Shown here: in pieces, positions 12,057-28,300 of the stretch | How positions within the stretch are numbered: the first letter of the stretch is position 1 | Layout: every line of letters starts with the position of its first letter | Source of the DNA: the human T2T-CHM13v2.0 reference genome, Homo sapiens | Reading direction: 5' to 3' (one strand) | Assembly: GCF_009914755.1 (NCBI RefSeq) | Contig: NC_060934.1 | Length of the DNA: 64,000 bases | Translations under genes and position numbers: made by a program | Notes under the pieces: model-generated | The model's input: the letters and a program-made list of their open reading frames with translations, nothing else | Databases searched by the model: none | What the model was told of the DNA's origin: nothing

Positions 12057-12695
12057 AAGTGACTAATTCCTTCCCCTACCCCCAGTGTAGTTAGTGAGGT
12101 TATTTATTTGAAATATAGTTAGATTCGTTTATTTCCATTTATATTTCTTTTTTAGGCTTTCCTCTCATGCTTGAGTTTTCTTATGTAAAATATTAATATG
12201 GCTCCAAAAAAGTCAGAATTATACAAAAAAGGTATATTCAGAGAAGTGTTGCTCCTGCATTTTGTCTGCCCCATTTCCCTCCTCACCGAATCCTTTCCAC
12301 TTGGCCCCATCCACTGCTGTAGGCAACCAGTCTCATTAGTTTCTGCTTTATCCTTCCTGTCTCTTTCAGATTTATTTTCTCCTTTGCATCTATATTCAAT
12401 TATCCATGTTTCTAATTCAAATGCTTCTTTCTGTGCCTTTTTGTTACTTTCCACACAGTCTTCATTATCTCCCAAATAATCAACCTTTCTTCCTTACAGG
12501 GATAAACACACACATGTTCTCTCCTGTCAGCTAATGCCTTAGTTTCACCACCATCTTTTCTCTAAATGGAGGCTCCTTGAGCTGACCCATCACTCTTTGT
12601 GGGTGCTTGCCTTCATGTTATTATTTTTGATTACCTGTTTTTAGGGTTTTAAGTTTGGAGAATCCCATTTGGGCCACATCTTCCTCTGTTGATAC

Positions 12696-13000
<305 letters not shown>

Positions 13001-13270
13001 TGACACTTTGAGATGAGTCAGCCACATTAGACATAACCAGCCGCTCCCTAATGTTTACCAAGTGTTTCATTCCCTTCTGAAGGACTGGCATGACCTGGTC
13101 CTTCTCCAAACCCCCTTCTGCATGTTCTTCATTTTCTTTCTTTCTCTCACCTCTGTCCTTTATTACAATTCTTCCATATTTGCCTTTATTTTTTAATCAT
13201 GAATATGTAACTATTTTTTTCTTTACACAAAATATATAATAACCAAAGAAAAGTTTGGTTTTTGCATTTA

Positions 13271-13452
13271 TAGACCTGGCTTAAAAATTCTAGCTTTGCC
13301 ACGTTGTGGCTATATGACATTGTGAAGACCTGTGATCTGAAATTTCTTTATCAGTTAGATGAGGGTAATAATATCTCATGGGGTTAGTGTAAAAACTAAG
13401 TGAAATAACATATATACATCATAGCACATAGCTGACATCCAGTAAATAGTAA
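13271..13452 (+). mobile_element. MIR
   Basis: agacctggcttaaaaattctagctttgccac..gatgagggtaataata..agcacatagctgacatccagtaa. Confidence 0.6.
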
Positions 13453-13721
13453 GTCCCTTCCCATTTGCACACCTTACTCCTAATACGCATTTTAACCTCA
13501 ACACTTATAACATGACCTCTGCCTTCAAGAGAGATGCACTTTCGTATTTCTGTACTTGTGTAAGCCTTATTCAGGAAGCAAAACTTATGCTTACAAAATT
13601 AATAGAAAAAATATAGACTAATCTTGAATTGGAAAAATTTTAAATACCATCTCTAAGAGTATCTTTAAATTTTATTTGAAATGTTATCTTTTATATTTAA
13701 GTGATAAGAGCTAGTTAAGAG

Positions 13722-14029
<308 letters not shown>

Positions 14030-15069
14030 TTAAGGAAATGATGAGGAAAACTGAATCTAAAGCAGTTTATGAACTGATGCTGTAGTTGAAGGGGTTGTTG
14101 TGTACAATCGTTGACCTGTGAACCCAGCTTGAAATGTTGCTTAGGAAATTTTTGCAAGTGTGGAAAGAACTTTTTGTGATTGCAAAGAGTCAAGAAAGGC
14201 TTTATCCTTACCATCGAGAGACTCCGGATGTAGCTCTTCTCTCTTTTTCTCTGTTTCTTTTCTTTTTCTTTCCCCACTTCTGCTGCTTTTAGGGAAAGGA
14301 AGCCGGAGATGAGAGAGCAGAGTAGATGAAAATGCAACATAAGACTTTCCTAGTGATAAGTGTGAACTGTTTAGGCAAGATGAATTGACTGCCTGGGACT
14401 AAAACAGATAAGAGCCGCTGGGAGTGTTTTGATGCTGAATCATCTGAAGTCTGAGAACAAACCTCAAGAAAAGGCTTCAATCCAAGCTAAAATCGGGGGG
14501 GATAAAGGAAAGTTAAGGATAGAGAAGAAGATCCCTGGTTATACCTTTTGGTTTATTAAAATCCTTTATAATTTTAATTGGCCACTTAAAAAAAAAAACA
14601 CCAAAACAAATTATAGAATTGGAAAAGTGAAGCATTGGAAGCTTTTCTGAGCTCCAGGCCAGGGATTCCAGCTCCAATCCACAGACCAGCAATATCAGAA
14701 TAAGTCGAGGAACTTTTTTAATGGAACTTTCCAAGCCCTTGAATTCATATTTAAAGTGCCCCTGCCACCACCGCCATTGTGGTGAATGTCACCCATCTGT
14801 CCAGCTTAGGTTCCCTTGCTCTGCAGCCAGCCGTCAACTCTCATCCCCAGCTCTTTCTCTCCACTGGCTCATTCTTGTCGCCTGCAAGCACACTCAGATC
14901 TCTCCCATATGAAACGTTTAAAGTTTTTCCTGAACGCTGTCTTCCTCTAGGCCAGGATCTACACCCCTTCCTTGTTTTACAACCAAGCCTCCTAAAACAC
15001 TGTCCAAGCACATTTTTTTGCTTCTTTACTCCTTAACCTTCCTAAGCTTTCCTCACTCTAACCTTTTCA

Positions 15070-15500
15070 ACAATGGTTTCCAGAGTGATGCACATAATAT
15101 GATTCATTGAGACAGTGGAGAAAGTGTTTAACTTCTATTTATTTTTATCTAAATTTATAAAAAAAAAGTTTCTTGAATATTTTGATACATTAATTCATTT
15201 ACTTTTGATACATTTAAACATTGACACCCCTTAATTAGTAATAGGCTCAGGTCGTATCACAGGCATGAGATCTTCTAAAGAAGATGTGGAGGTCTGCAGT
15301 GTGGAGGGTTGACAGGGCTCATTCACTCATTGGTTTGCTTTCAGTCTACAGTGATGTGTAACAGTTTATCCATGCCCAGTTAGGTGCATTTACAGGTTAT
15401 GTAAGTGCCCTCACCAAATGGAAAAGGGTCTTTAAAAGATGCTAGCCTAAAAGCTTTTGGTCGAATATACTATACTAATTATAATGCAAGACAGTTGACC
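15070..15500. mobile_element. Possible hAT-Charlie-like DNA transposon fragment
   Basis: Starts caatggtttccagagtg (Charlie-like TIR); the interior resembles Charlie 5' regions. Recognition is weak. Confidence 0.3.
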
Positions 15501-15859
15501 AAGAAGACAGTGACAGAGCTTTCGCATCTGTTCCTGGCCCCTGCTTGTCATTAGCCACGTTGTGCTTTTAAGATGACTGTCTCATCTCACCTAACAAGAA
15601 GTTGGCCTGCCAGATTCAAGGCTCTAAGTAAAACTATTTGAAGTAGAGTTTTTCTTCTCTACTGTTGGTGTATGCACACTTCCTCCGGTGTATATTGTGT
15701 CTTGAGAGATTAGCCCGTGATTGCAGCATAGGCTATAATTTATAAGGATACATAGACAGGATGGTTGAGGCACTTTTTTTTTCTACACGTGGGATATTGG
15801 AGCTGCTTTTTATTAACATCTCCAGTTCCCAGTTCGAATCCACACTTTCAGAACTTTAT

Positions 15860-17190
15860 TTACTTCATATCCTTGTGGACGTCGACATTACTGACTTTTC
15901 CCTTCTCTGAAACTGCAGACTTGCTTGCCTTCCATGACAGTACTGTTCCTTCTTCTGCTCCAGCCTTTGCGTTTTCCTCCTCTTAAATCTTAGTATTGCT
16001 AGGGTTTTGTCTTTGATTCTCTTCTCACTCTCCACATTTGGGGAATGATCTCAGCTGTACAGATATCTTTGGTTATAACAAAAGCAACAACAACTAATAT
16101 TCAGTAAAACATGCTCCATGCCGGGCACTGTTGTAAACACTTCACATCTACTCATTTAATCTTCACAACAACCCTGTAAGGCAAATACTATTCACATCTG
16201 TCTGTTACAGATGAGGAAGCAGAGGCAGAAAGAAGGTAAATAATTGGCCCTTGGTCACAGAGGTAGTAAATGGCAGAGACTGGATTCACAACCACTCTGA
16301 CTCCAGGAACCTTGATTTTAACCACTCTTGGGCAGGGCTAATGTATGCCTCCTGTCCCTTCCTCAAGCCTTGACCTCTTTTGTGAGGTCCAGACTCATAT
16401 TCAGTGGCTTACTGGGCAAATTCCACCTCTTAGTTATTCTTCCCAAGAAGGAATTAATTATTTCTTCCATTGGCCTGGTCCTGTCCTATATCCCTATCTT
16501 GTGAAATAGCCTCGTCTTGTGTCTTGTTTCTTGTGGTAAAAGCCTGGGTGGCCTCTTAATTGTTTCTCTTTCACACTCATCTCATCAGCTGCCTTTAATT
16601 CCTGTCAGTTGTACCTCCTAAATATTAAATTCATATTATTTTCTAATGCCACAGGTCCTGTTCTCATTTGGATTTTGAATTTTCAGTTACACCCTCTTCC
16701 AGTGTCGTTTTCCTCCCTCCTCTAGTTTATCTTCCATCCTGCTGCCAGAGCAACAGTTCTGAAACAGAAATCTATTTGGTTACTGCTGTATTTATAATTT
16801 TTCCAGTTATTTTGACTTCCAGATAAAAATCAAACACTTGGCCATGGCAGGTAAGACCTTTCATGAACCGGCTTCTGCCCAGTTTCACTCTCAGTCACTT
16901 CGCTGGGACTTTTCTCTTTTTCACCAGACTGCAGCCAGCTGAAATTCACCATGGCTCTCACCTGCCTGCCTTTCTTTTCTGTGCTTGGAAGGACCATCTC
17001 TTCTTATCTGCCTGCTAAACTTCTGTATCCCTTTTAAGATTCAGTTCATTTCAGATTCTCCTTAGCCTCTCCCAGGTACCAAGCCTAATTGGATGCTCTT
17101 GGTATAGCCCTTTATCATGCTAAATTGTCTTGCCCACTGGGTAGTGAGCAGCTTGTGTTTGTAGTCTACGTTCCATCATAGTAGAGTAGA
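15860..17190 (+). mobile_element. L2 fragments interrupted by a MIR
   Basis: Pyrimidine-rich L2 motifs such as ctgctgccagag..tctgaaac and ttttaagattcagttc. Confidence 0.55.
16086..16327 (-). mobile_element. MIR (near full length)
   Basis: ctcatttaatcttcacaacaaccctgtaagg..ttacagatgaggaagcagaggcag..ggtcacag..gtaaatggcagag. Confidence 0.85.
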
Positions 17191-19577
17191 AGCCTCTTAT
17201 CCTATTAGAGTTGGTTAATCGCAGAAAAGAAGTTTAAGCATGCAATTGTTTAAAGAAGAAAAGATTCATATTACGAAAACTTTATGCATTTTGTTTTAAG
17301 ATGTATAAATATGTGCATTCATCTATCTTTTCAGTACAGTCAAGACTCTTTCTGTGAGTGTTGATTGTCTGATTAGAATTTAACCTTGCTTTTCTTGCAT
17401 AAAACACATTCTAGCATATCATCTATGATCTCCAGTTTCAGTTTCTTTTAAGTGAAATTAGAACTTTAAAAGCTTACAAAGCAATCAGTGCAGAATTCTT
17501 CAAATTTTAACTTCTAATTCTTTTGGTTTATTTTTAAGATACTTCCTCACACCTACGTCATACATTTTTTTCCCAAGTGATTAGTCTATATCAACTCTTT
17601 CCAAAGCTTTCGATTTAGGTTTCCTTAGAAATAAGTCTCTTTTTACATTCATATTTCCTTGGTTAATATTTAATTAAGTAACACAATTACAGTAACAAGT
17701 CCAGCTGGGAAAAACTAGTTTGAGAACAGCGTAACTGAATTTTGCTAAGCATGTAGCTGAACTTGCGGATGCCAGTACACATGGAAGCGTTGAATTGGGG
17801 CCCCGCCCTTTGCATGTCTGCAGCAGGCAGTGAGTGACAGCAGATGTGTTTTAGAGAAAAATGGAGAGGACATTTGTTAATCTAGTAAGTCAATTGAACA
17901 GAGGCTGCAGGTTTTTGATATAGGTTATCTCCCATTGGTTGCTGGTATAATTATTATTTGTTAGCTGATTTTACAATTTACCCATTTTGATATAAAGGAG
18001 TAATTTTCTGAGTCTGTTTCAGCCTTCATCTTTTATTGATTTATTTGCTTTTACCTTGAGGTACTTTCAGGAATGATTAAGGTGTACATAGTAAAAGACA
18101 CAGATACAAGTTAAATTTTGTGCATATAGCCACTTTTTAAAAAAACCTATAAATTATATCATTTTTAAAAAACTTAATATGAAAAAGGTAGTTATTTTTA
18201 AATGACTATTTGTGTGCTAACTTGCACTATGGTCCAAACTAAGCAATAAATGTATTGAAAGGCATGGTTAAGTCCTATGGCATACCACTTACAGCAAATT
18301 TTTTGAAAACAGTTTTTTCTGAAGATACCAGTAACCTTTTAAAAAATGTTTTATTTTCCCTGTTTTCTGTCTTTACCTTCTTATGTTTTTGTTAGAAACT
18401 TTTTTCTTAAGATATTTGATTATGGTATAAGGCAGCTAATTTAAGCATCTGTTTATCACTGCCTGGCTAGACTGAATGTAAAATTTCAATTGAATTACCT
18501 CCCAGGAGAGCTTTGAGCTCTTAGGGTAAAACACATCATTTTCTCTTCTCTCCTCTGGGATTGTCAGCAGAAAGAATTCATCTAAATAGTTTACATGCAT
18601 CTTGAAAATGTTGTATCTACCGGACTTAGCTTTGTTGTTTGTGGAACATTGCCAATATAAATGGAGTATCTACTTTGCTTGTTAACTCAAGTACAATAGT
18701 GTTATATAGTATTACAATATGTATATAAATTGTAACAGTGAATGACTTTTGCTGATAGTTAACTTATGACCAATTTTCATTAACAGATAGATTTTCTTCT
18801 TTTAAAAATTTAATTTCAAAACCCAGATGTTTAATTATTCATTTATTAAATATTTATTGAGTAATTAGTGTATTTACAACTTTATGCATTACAAAATTCA
18901 GATGCATATTATGAATGCTTATTTTGCTCCTTAGCTTCTTTCTGGAAGAGTTTCAAATTTTCTATGCTCTTTTGTCTATTTCATAAGGACTTGGCTAGGA
19001 AATAGATTATTGAACTAACTGAAAAGATCAATAAGCAGATTTAGCATGTGCTGCCTGTTGGGGGCTAGAAAGCATGCTCAGTGTGGGTGAGCTGCTGAGG
19101 AGCTTTCAGCTTCATGGAATGTATGTTCCTTTCTTCAAGTACAGATTTCATAAGAAAGAACCATAATGTACTTTTCTTTGTTCTACTTGATTACAAAATT
19201 TTGTAAACATAGTCAAAAAGCAATTGAAAACTTGCTGGGTTGCTCTAGTTTTTCTTCTGTTACAATAAGATGTGATGATTTTTTAAAAAGCAGCATATAG
19301 CATTTTATATCTTTCAATATATTAACATAGTAAATCTTAAACTGGTAAAATAGAATATATTGTCAAATTATAAAATGAAAATATTTATTATCTCTATCAG
19401 TTCTGCTGTAAAGTTTGGGTTGGTTTTTGAAACACACTGTTTCTTAGAAAAATTCCAACAGTATTTTTGGTTGGTCAGCCAGTTAGTTGGTCAGTTAGTC
19501 TATCTATCCATCTTTACTTTGAAATTTCCAAGAATCCGAAACAGAACTAGTGATTCATTATTTCAATATATTTTCTT

Positions 19578-19915
<338 letters not shown>

Positions 19916-21636
19916 TAAAAAGACTTTAACATACAGTCTTTGAGTATTTGGGATATATATTGGGAAAATTGCAGATTACTTCTAGAACTTAGTATCTTTT
20001 AAAAGAATGATGTAAAGCCCTAGATTCCTGAAAGAAAGCTTTGTTATTTAATAATCAGTTACTAATGATGAATTAGTACAAGCCTAATAGAGAAACTTTT
20101 TTTTAAATCTGTGCCTTTGGATTTGGTAAGTTTATCACTTAAAAGATACGTTGCTTTTAGGATCAGTTAAACAGAGAAGAAGCAGGGAGGAGCCATGCAA
20201 TTTGTAAATTTCTGCAAGTTCTGTCTACGTCGTGACCCATCAGAATCCCTTATAAGATTTCCTCTTACTGTACCAAACATTCATATCCTCAGGTATTTTT
20301 CTCTCTGTGCTTTGCCTGTCTGTGGCTTTTGTTGCTGTAGCTAGTTGCTCCACCTCATGTTTTGTCCCATCTTTTTCACTCCCGTAGCGAGATCCGTCCA
20401 AGTGTCTTCTGCCCTGACTCTTGCCAGTTCCTTCTTATCATCCCTTTGCTTCTAGCGTAGGCCTGGCCTATCTGTGTATGCTCACCAAGGTTCCCTCTTT
20501 CCCCTGCCCTTCCTTCTTCAGCTTTTCACCTCTGTTTTGCCCGTATCAATATTTTATCAGCTATTTTCTTATCTTTATTAGGATCCTTCTTACATAAATT
20601 GATCCTCTTAATTACCACCTCCTTTAATATTTCTATATACCCATATTCATTTCATCATCCTTCTCAAAAGACCCCTTAAGAAACACAGAAAGAGGCAGAA
20701 CCAGTCTGTTTCTCTCTTCTCCCTTCTTTAACTTAATGTTTTCGCCAGCAGAGTAGGTACAAAACTCAAGTTACTCCAGCTGTAGTCTTCTACCCTGTAT
20801 CATCAAAGGAATTGCACATTTTGTTTTATTAGTACTAAAATTATCCTTTTTCTTTTCGCCTTTTATATTGTCTTGCAGTAAGCTCTCAGTTGACAGTTAG
20901 CCATTCTAATGGAAGCAGGGGTTTGTAATCCAAAGTTAGAGTCCCTCTCTGTATTTGACTTAGGAATGTGGCACATTTTTTCCACTTCTCCTACCCCTAA
21001 GCAATACAAATTCTCCCATGACGGAGTTACTGTCAGCAGGGACAGTCGGCCCTCAGGGAACATAGCTGGTCACAGAGCAAACGTGAAAAAAATTACCACC
21101 TAAGGTAGACAAGTATTATACAGAACATCAAAATCCATCAAGTACTCGTTGCCTGCATTACGTCTCAGCGCCATCTGGTTTGGAGAAGTTAGGTCACTGG
21201 TGGAGAGGTGGTATCCATGTCTTCATCCTAGCAAGTGTAGTGTGATGCGTCAGTGACCTGATCGATTCCTAGATGGTGACTGGACCTAGGTGGTTGAACT
21301 GTTAAAAGTAGAACAATGATTTTTAATTGGTCATTGTTTGAAGTTGGAATTCATTTTCTGGGAACCTATTTTCTGTTCATTTTTTTAGCCAATTAATATT
21401 TATTGAACACTTACTATAAATGCCAAAATCATCTATGAAAATTTTATATATGTTTGTTAAATAAATAAAATCAAATATTTAACAGAACTAATGGAACTAT
21501 TTTAGTATGCTTTCCCCTGGGCTGGAGTGTAGGCTAAGACTTTATTTAAATACAGGATGGATGGTGTTTTGACTGAAGATGCCTCCAACTTTTGCTCTTC
21601 TGTTTTTTATTTGATGTGCTCAAGCTTCTAATTCCC

Positions 21637-21910
<274 letters not shown>

Positions 21911-22429
21911 TCTGCCTCTCTTTGAAAGGTAAATCCTAAATGAGGGGCAATTTCCTTGGTAACTTGATAACAGCTTTAGTGAGTCCTAACCCCTTGTTTT
22001 TATTGGCCCATTGGACATCTGCCTAGAGCATGAGTGCCTTCTGTTTCAGTGATTTCAACTTTTCTGGAAAATCCTTTGCTGTATCTGTACAGCAATGGCT
22101 TCAGTTTCCCATTAAATTTATATTTTGTGACAATTATTTCTCTTCTGAAGCCAGCAGACAGTTCTTATCTCTTCCTTAGACATCCCACGGCTCTGTTTTT
22201 AAGCATTTTGAAGACAGACAATGCTTTTCTTGAAACCAATGCATCACACTTTCTTACTGACATCATGGTCCTGGCACGAACACCTTGGCCTGCCACATCT
22301 ATGCTGCTGAGTTGTCAGTAAGACTTTTGGTCATAAGTATAAGAGTCTTATTTATAATCACAAGGAAATGGGTAAAAGCAGAGGGCTCCAGGTTGAGTCT
22401 TGGGAAATTGGGGCATGATTCTAATTGAA

Positions 22430-22630
22430 AAGGGCCTGGGCTTTGGAATGAGACTTTCCATTGCACACATTTTTTTCCACTAATTGTGTGGCCTCTATCT
22501 ACAGTTATAGAATTTTTGCTTTCTCATCTACAAAATGAGGATGACAGTATCTGTTTCTTAGGGGTGAAGTGAAGATAAAGTGAGAAAATGTGCGCAGTTT
22601 TTCTGGCGTTCAGTAGGCATTCACCAATGT
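22430..22630 (+). mobile_element. MIR
   Basis: ggctttggaatgagac..tttctcatctacaaaatgaggatgacagtatct..cagtaggcattcacc. Confidence 0.7.
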
Positions 22631-23019
22631 CAGGGCTGCTTTCTCCCCACCCCTGCGCCTAGTTATCACGTGACAGGAATCAAGTGCCTTCAGTGAACAC
22701 CGAAGCTGACCATGCGGGGGTGGAAATTCCAAGTTGGGCCAGTGACTGTAAATAGTATAAATAGTAAAATATATATGAGTAGCAGGAGTGGGAATGGAAT
22801 AGGAGAATTCAGAGAAGGAAAAGGAGTGGGTTACCAATGATAGTTGAAGTAACTGCATCGGTTGCTGCTGATAGGTCCCTGGGCCTCAGTTTACCAAGCC
22901 CTGAAATGAAATATTGGAACCTTGTTCTATTGTGTATGCTAGTAAGGTAAAAACAACTCTGTTTGAACCTTTCAGTTTTCTAATAAAATAATAACCCTTC
23001 TCTATATTCTTTTTCTCAG

Positions 23020-23106
23020 ATCTTTACTCTTGTGACTCCGTGAATGGGGGGAAAACGTAGACCAAAACCAATTCTTGCCAGAACCGTTTTCATTCTGGGG
23101 ATGGTT
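23020..23106 (+). other. Possible cryptic exon (87 nt)
   Basis: Acceptor ccttctctatattctttttctcag|AT and donor GTT|gtaagt; alternative donor GCA|gtaagt at 23369. Splice motifs are the only support. Confidence 0.25.
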
Positions 23107-23472
23107 GTAAGTTCTAATGCTGTCCTGTGCAACTACTCCCAGGAACTTGGAGGAGGTCCTACGACAAGGGAGAAGGACAGGAGGAGGCTTTTCAACTTTG
23201 TCTTTGAGACCACCACTTGTCACCAGCCACTTCCTGCCACCCACTCAGCCAGCTGGGAATGTTTGCTTCATAGATCTCTAGTTGCCATAGCCCCACACAG
23301 CGTGCATGCCACATTCTGTAACCTCTCATTCGACAGTCGCATTTGGGGACAGATTTAGCTAAGTTGCAGTAAGTGGGACAGAGGTCTTTCATAAAATAGA
23401 TACTTTTTCCTTCAGTATTGAGCTTTTAGGAAAAGAGGAACATATATAATAGCAAAATACTTGATTAATAAG

Positions 23473-24061
23473 TGTGGTAGTTTTCTACTACCACATGACA
23501 AATTACCACAAATTTAGCAGCTTAACACAACACTGAGTTATTTTCAACAGTTTCTGTAGGACAGAAATTCATTGTGGTTCATCTAGATTCTCTCTTTAAG
23601 GTCTAACAAGGCCAAAGTCAGATGTCAGCCCAGTCGAGCCCAGATGTCAGCCCAGTTGGAAGGCCCTTTTCCAACCTTCTTTATTGGTAGATTTTTGTTC
23701 CTTGCATCCGTAGGACTGAGGTACCTGTTCCTGGCTGGCCGTGAGCCAGCAGTTGTGCTCACCTTTCAGAGGCTGCCGACATTCTTGACCACATGGTCCC
23801 TCCATCCTCAAGCCAGCAGTGACTTGTCAAATCCTCATGCTTTGAATCCCCAACTTCTTCTTCTGCTACCAGCCAGGGAAGACTCTGCACTTAAAAGGTT
23901 CACGTGAAGAGATCAGGCCCGCTTGGCAAGTCTCGCTTGTGCATCATCATCCTGGGAGCACCACCTTATTGTCTTTGCAGGGTCTACCCACACCCAAAGA
24001 GGACGGGATCACACTTAAGCCAGGTCGCCGGGGGGTCACTTTTATCATTCTGGCTACCACA
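23473..24061 (-). mobile_element. MLT1D/E-like MaLR solo LTR
   Basis: acaaattaccacaaatttagcagcttaacacaaca at one end and attctggctaccaca at the other; internal 16-bp duplication cagatgtcagcccagt. Confidence 0.8.
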
Positions 24062-24412
24062 GCTCATTTGACTGAATAAAGAACTTTATGTTGATATTTA
24101 CTTTCCAGTAGAATTTTGAGCAAATTATTCCATTATCTTTTAGCATTGAGTAGTATACTTGAGAAATTCTGATCCGTTCTGAATCCCAATCCTATGTATA
24201 CTGTCAGAGTTTTCTCTCTAGCAAATTTAGATTCTTCTCTTTATAGCCATGTTTTAAAATTTCACTGTGATTTGCCTTCATGCGTGTTTTGTTTTTTTCA
24301 TGGTACCGCTAAGGCAACTGATGGGCTCTTTTAATCTGATAATCCATACCCTTCGGTTCTTAGAAGTTTCCCTGTTTTATTTTCGCATAACTTCCTTTCT
24401 CCTAGTTCCTAT

Positions 24413-24728
<316 letters not shown>

Positions 24729-25025
24729 CCTATTTTCTCTTTTGGAATTCTTATTGGTTGGATGTTGAATCTCTTGAACTTTTAATATTCTTATTTTTTT
24801 CTCTTTTTATTATGTCTTTGCCTTTTATTATTCTTTTCAAAAGCTTTTCTTGATTTTATCTATCAACCCTTCTGTATCAACTGGTATGCTTTCAACTCCA
24901 AGTAATAGAATATGGAAGTACAAATGGCTTCAACAGTAATAATTCATTTTTTAAACGTAAATAGGACTGAGGAATTTATGTTCCCAAAATTGACACAGGG
25001 ACTCAACAGTGTCATGAAGAATCTA

Positions 25026-25338
<313 letters not shown>

Positions 25339-28300
25339 TCGAACTCTTCCATCTTTCTTCCTTACTTTTCTTGGTGTGTGACAGCCTCTCTCTCCCCCTC
25401 AGTTGTAAGATGTCTGAAGCTCTTCAAGCACTGGGTTCTTATAAAACCGCTGTGCAAAAGCAGAAAGAAAGAGGTAGACTCTCTTTAAGCTCTTCAGACA
25501 ATTAATGTTTTTTCCTTTCACTCTGAGAATATTGTGTTGTTTTTTGAAACTGTCTTATTAAATTGTCTTTGTTTTCTTTGAGTTTTTTTTTTCTCTTTTG
25601 GTGGAGATGATCTCAAATGTTGTGGATTGCTGGGTGTGGTTTCAGACTTGCGAGTGAGGCACTCAAAAACCAAGTGAAAGTTTCATGCGTACTGTCAGGG
25701 ATGGCAAGTGGTGCGTTGAACTTCAGGGTGACTGGGAATTGGCCTTTTCTTTAAAAACCATTAATGTCAGTTCCCATAGGTTTTTTCTTTTATTCTAGGT
25801 GAGATTCCCCCAATCTACCTGGAAGGGAGGGATTCTTGTAACCGGCTGCTAGCATTTTTAAGAGAGCATTTAAGAGACTGGCATTAGAAGGTTGATATTT
25901 TTGTTGATCAGATTGAAGCTTTACTCAATATTGCGATTTTCGATCCTGGGCCTCACCTACATCCTTGCCTGTGCGCAGTCTCCCTCGATCTGGAGCCGTT
26001 CTCATTCGGTCCCTCCATCCATCTGTTCCTGCCTCCTTCCCTTCCCCAGATGTCTTCTGCCCAAGGGAAGAAGGAATCGCTGCCTGGCTACTTGAGGTTG
26101 TGATGGTCATCTGGGTGGCTGGCTTCCAGCACACACATTCAGCAAGTCCCATGTCCATCTTCCCAGGGACCTGGCGCCTCTGATCCCCAGACTCCTCCAT
26201 GATTCTGTCCTGAGGAGCAGTTTACTTACACATTTGCATTTCTCTTTGCAGTGTTTCTTTCCCTCTACAGTTAAACCCAGCCATTCACCCCTTCTCCATC
26301 TTCTAGAACATTGCTTTCTATTTATATTCCATGTGCAGCTTTGTGCTTGGTACTGGAAGGTTAAGACAGTCTGTGCTCAGGAAGCTTCCATTCCCGTTGA
26401 TACTGAAGAACACAAAGGAAGAAATCAGAGGAAAAGCTTAGATGTTCACAGTAAACATATTACTAAATAAAATGATTTATGTATATGATAGACTATTGAG
26501 TGCTCATTAAATAAATCATGTTTTTGAAGATCACGTTAGGGATGTGCTCTATAGTATGTTGTAAAAATAAACAAAACTGTTTAGTATGATTTCCATTATG
26601 TAGGGAAATGAATATACACGTGCACAGAAAAATACTAAGAAAATGTAAACTGCAATATTAGTGACTTTTCTAGATTATGGGGTTATGGTGATTTTTAAAG
26701 GCAAGTATCTTTTGAACTACAGTGAAGATTGCCTTTCCCCTCGTTTTCCTCAGTGGACATGTTAGGCGGCGTCCACTCATATCCAACTCCCTTCTTATTT
26801 GCCTCCCCATTACATGTCTGTTAAAATATATTGAAAAGATATCCATCCTGTGTAATGGTGTAAAGCTTACACCGAATGGTATAAAATCCACTGACTGCTA
26901 CAACTTAGAATAGTTATACCAGTACTTTTGCCTTTTCCTAAGGCTTTGAACATCATAGTTTAGCCACTTCCTACCATTTTCTCTGTTATTTCTTATTGCC
27001 AAAATAAGTCTTCTATTCTTTAAAAAAGTCAAGAAATGAAGAAGAATACAAATAGTGTTTTGTAGCAATTATTGATAAATTATACTTTTAATGGAGGCAT
27101 TTGTTTCAAAATCATTCTTATAAGGAAACATATGATAATGTGTTATTTCTTGGGTTTGGAATTGTTTTGGTAGCCTGAAATTGGAGATAAAATGGGTGAC
27201 AGCTTTGTACATGACTGCTACTCCTCGGTGGATGGCTGGAGAGAGCTCAGAGGCCCAGCTATCCAACCACTATTGTGTGGTCCTGAAAGGAGCCAAGAAA
27301 ACAAGCACACACCAATGCTGGCATCATTGAAAACTCCTGTGCCCCTATAATGTGGGGCATGAAATCGAATCTCAACTAGGAAAAGGTAGAAAGTTATGAA
27401 ATGATTCAGATTCTTTTAATTACTATAGAAAAACTATTTTTATAAAAATTTTTATTTCTAAAACACATTTAAGTAGCAGTTTCCCCAGTTTGGGGGGAGG
27501 TTACATAAGGAAGGTATAGGGTAGGGTAGTGTTTCACTGTTTTACTGAACTTTTTGCTCTTTAGGCTTCGTATTAAGAAGGTAAAGATTTTGATTAGAAG
27601 CACATGGATTTTCTCCTACATTAGCAGATCATAAAACTTTTTAAAAATCATAATAAATTTATCACAAAACAATTCACGTTTAGGATACCATATTAATCTT
27701 TTAAATTATTTTTTAAATGGGTGCTTCTTGAAGTAGCGGTGTATGTAGATATTTATAATTTCTTCTGGTGTGCTTGTGGTGAATCTTTCCAGGTGTTCAC
27801 TTTTTTTTTTAAACCTAGACTGATCATCCAAAAATTAGTTTTCTGGTTACACATTTGAAGCTACTAAGATCCACTGCATTTGATTATAATTTATTTTTAA
27901 ATGCCCTCATATTATAAACCTGTATCTTTTATGGGGACTTATCTAGGTGTTGGCTGTCAATGATTTTATTAAAGCTATTTGTAATTAAGTTTAACTAACA
28001 TAAAACTATAATGCATATCCTTTGGATGAAGAAAATACTTTAAAAAGAAAACTTTAAAATACATAAATACATTCTTGGAATGTTTCCAAACCTCTGCGTA
28101 GTCCATGCCACAGAAGTAAAGGGTCTTTCTCAAATGAAGTTAATTACCCACAGGGTGCATGTTGGTCACTCTTTAAAATTCTTATAAAAACAAAGAAATT
28201 AATTATCCAGTATGAAAACAAGTTCTACTCTTTCTGGCAAACATTCAATTAACTTTTTAGTGCTTGCTATTTAATGTTGTTTTTGACCAACCAACCATTG

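Noticed and set aside
23619-23656. 16-bp direct repeat as a CRISPR-like or regulatory array
   Set aside because: Only two copies, inside an MLT1 LTR; a local duplication.
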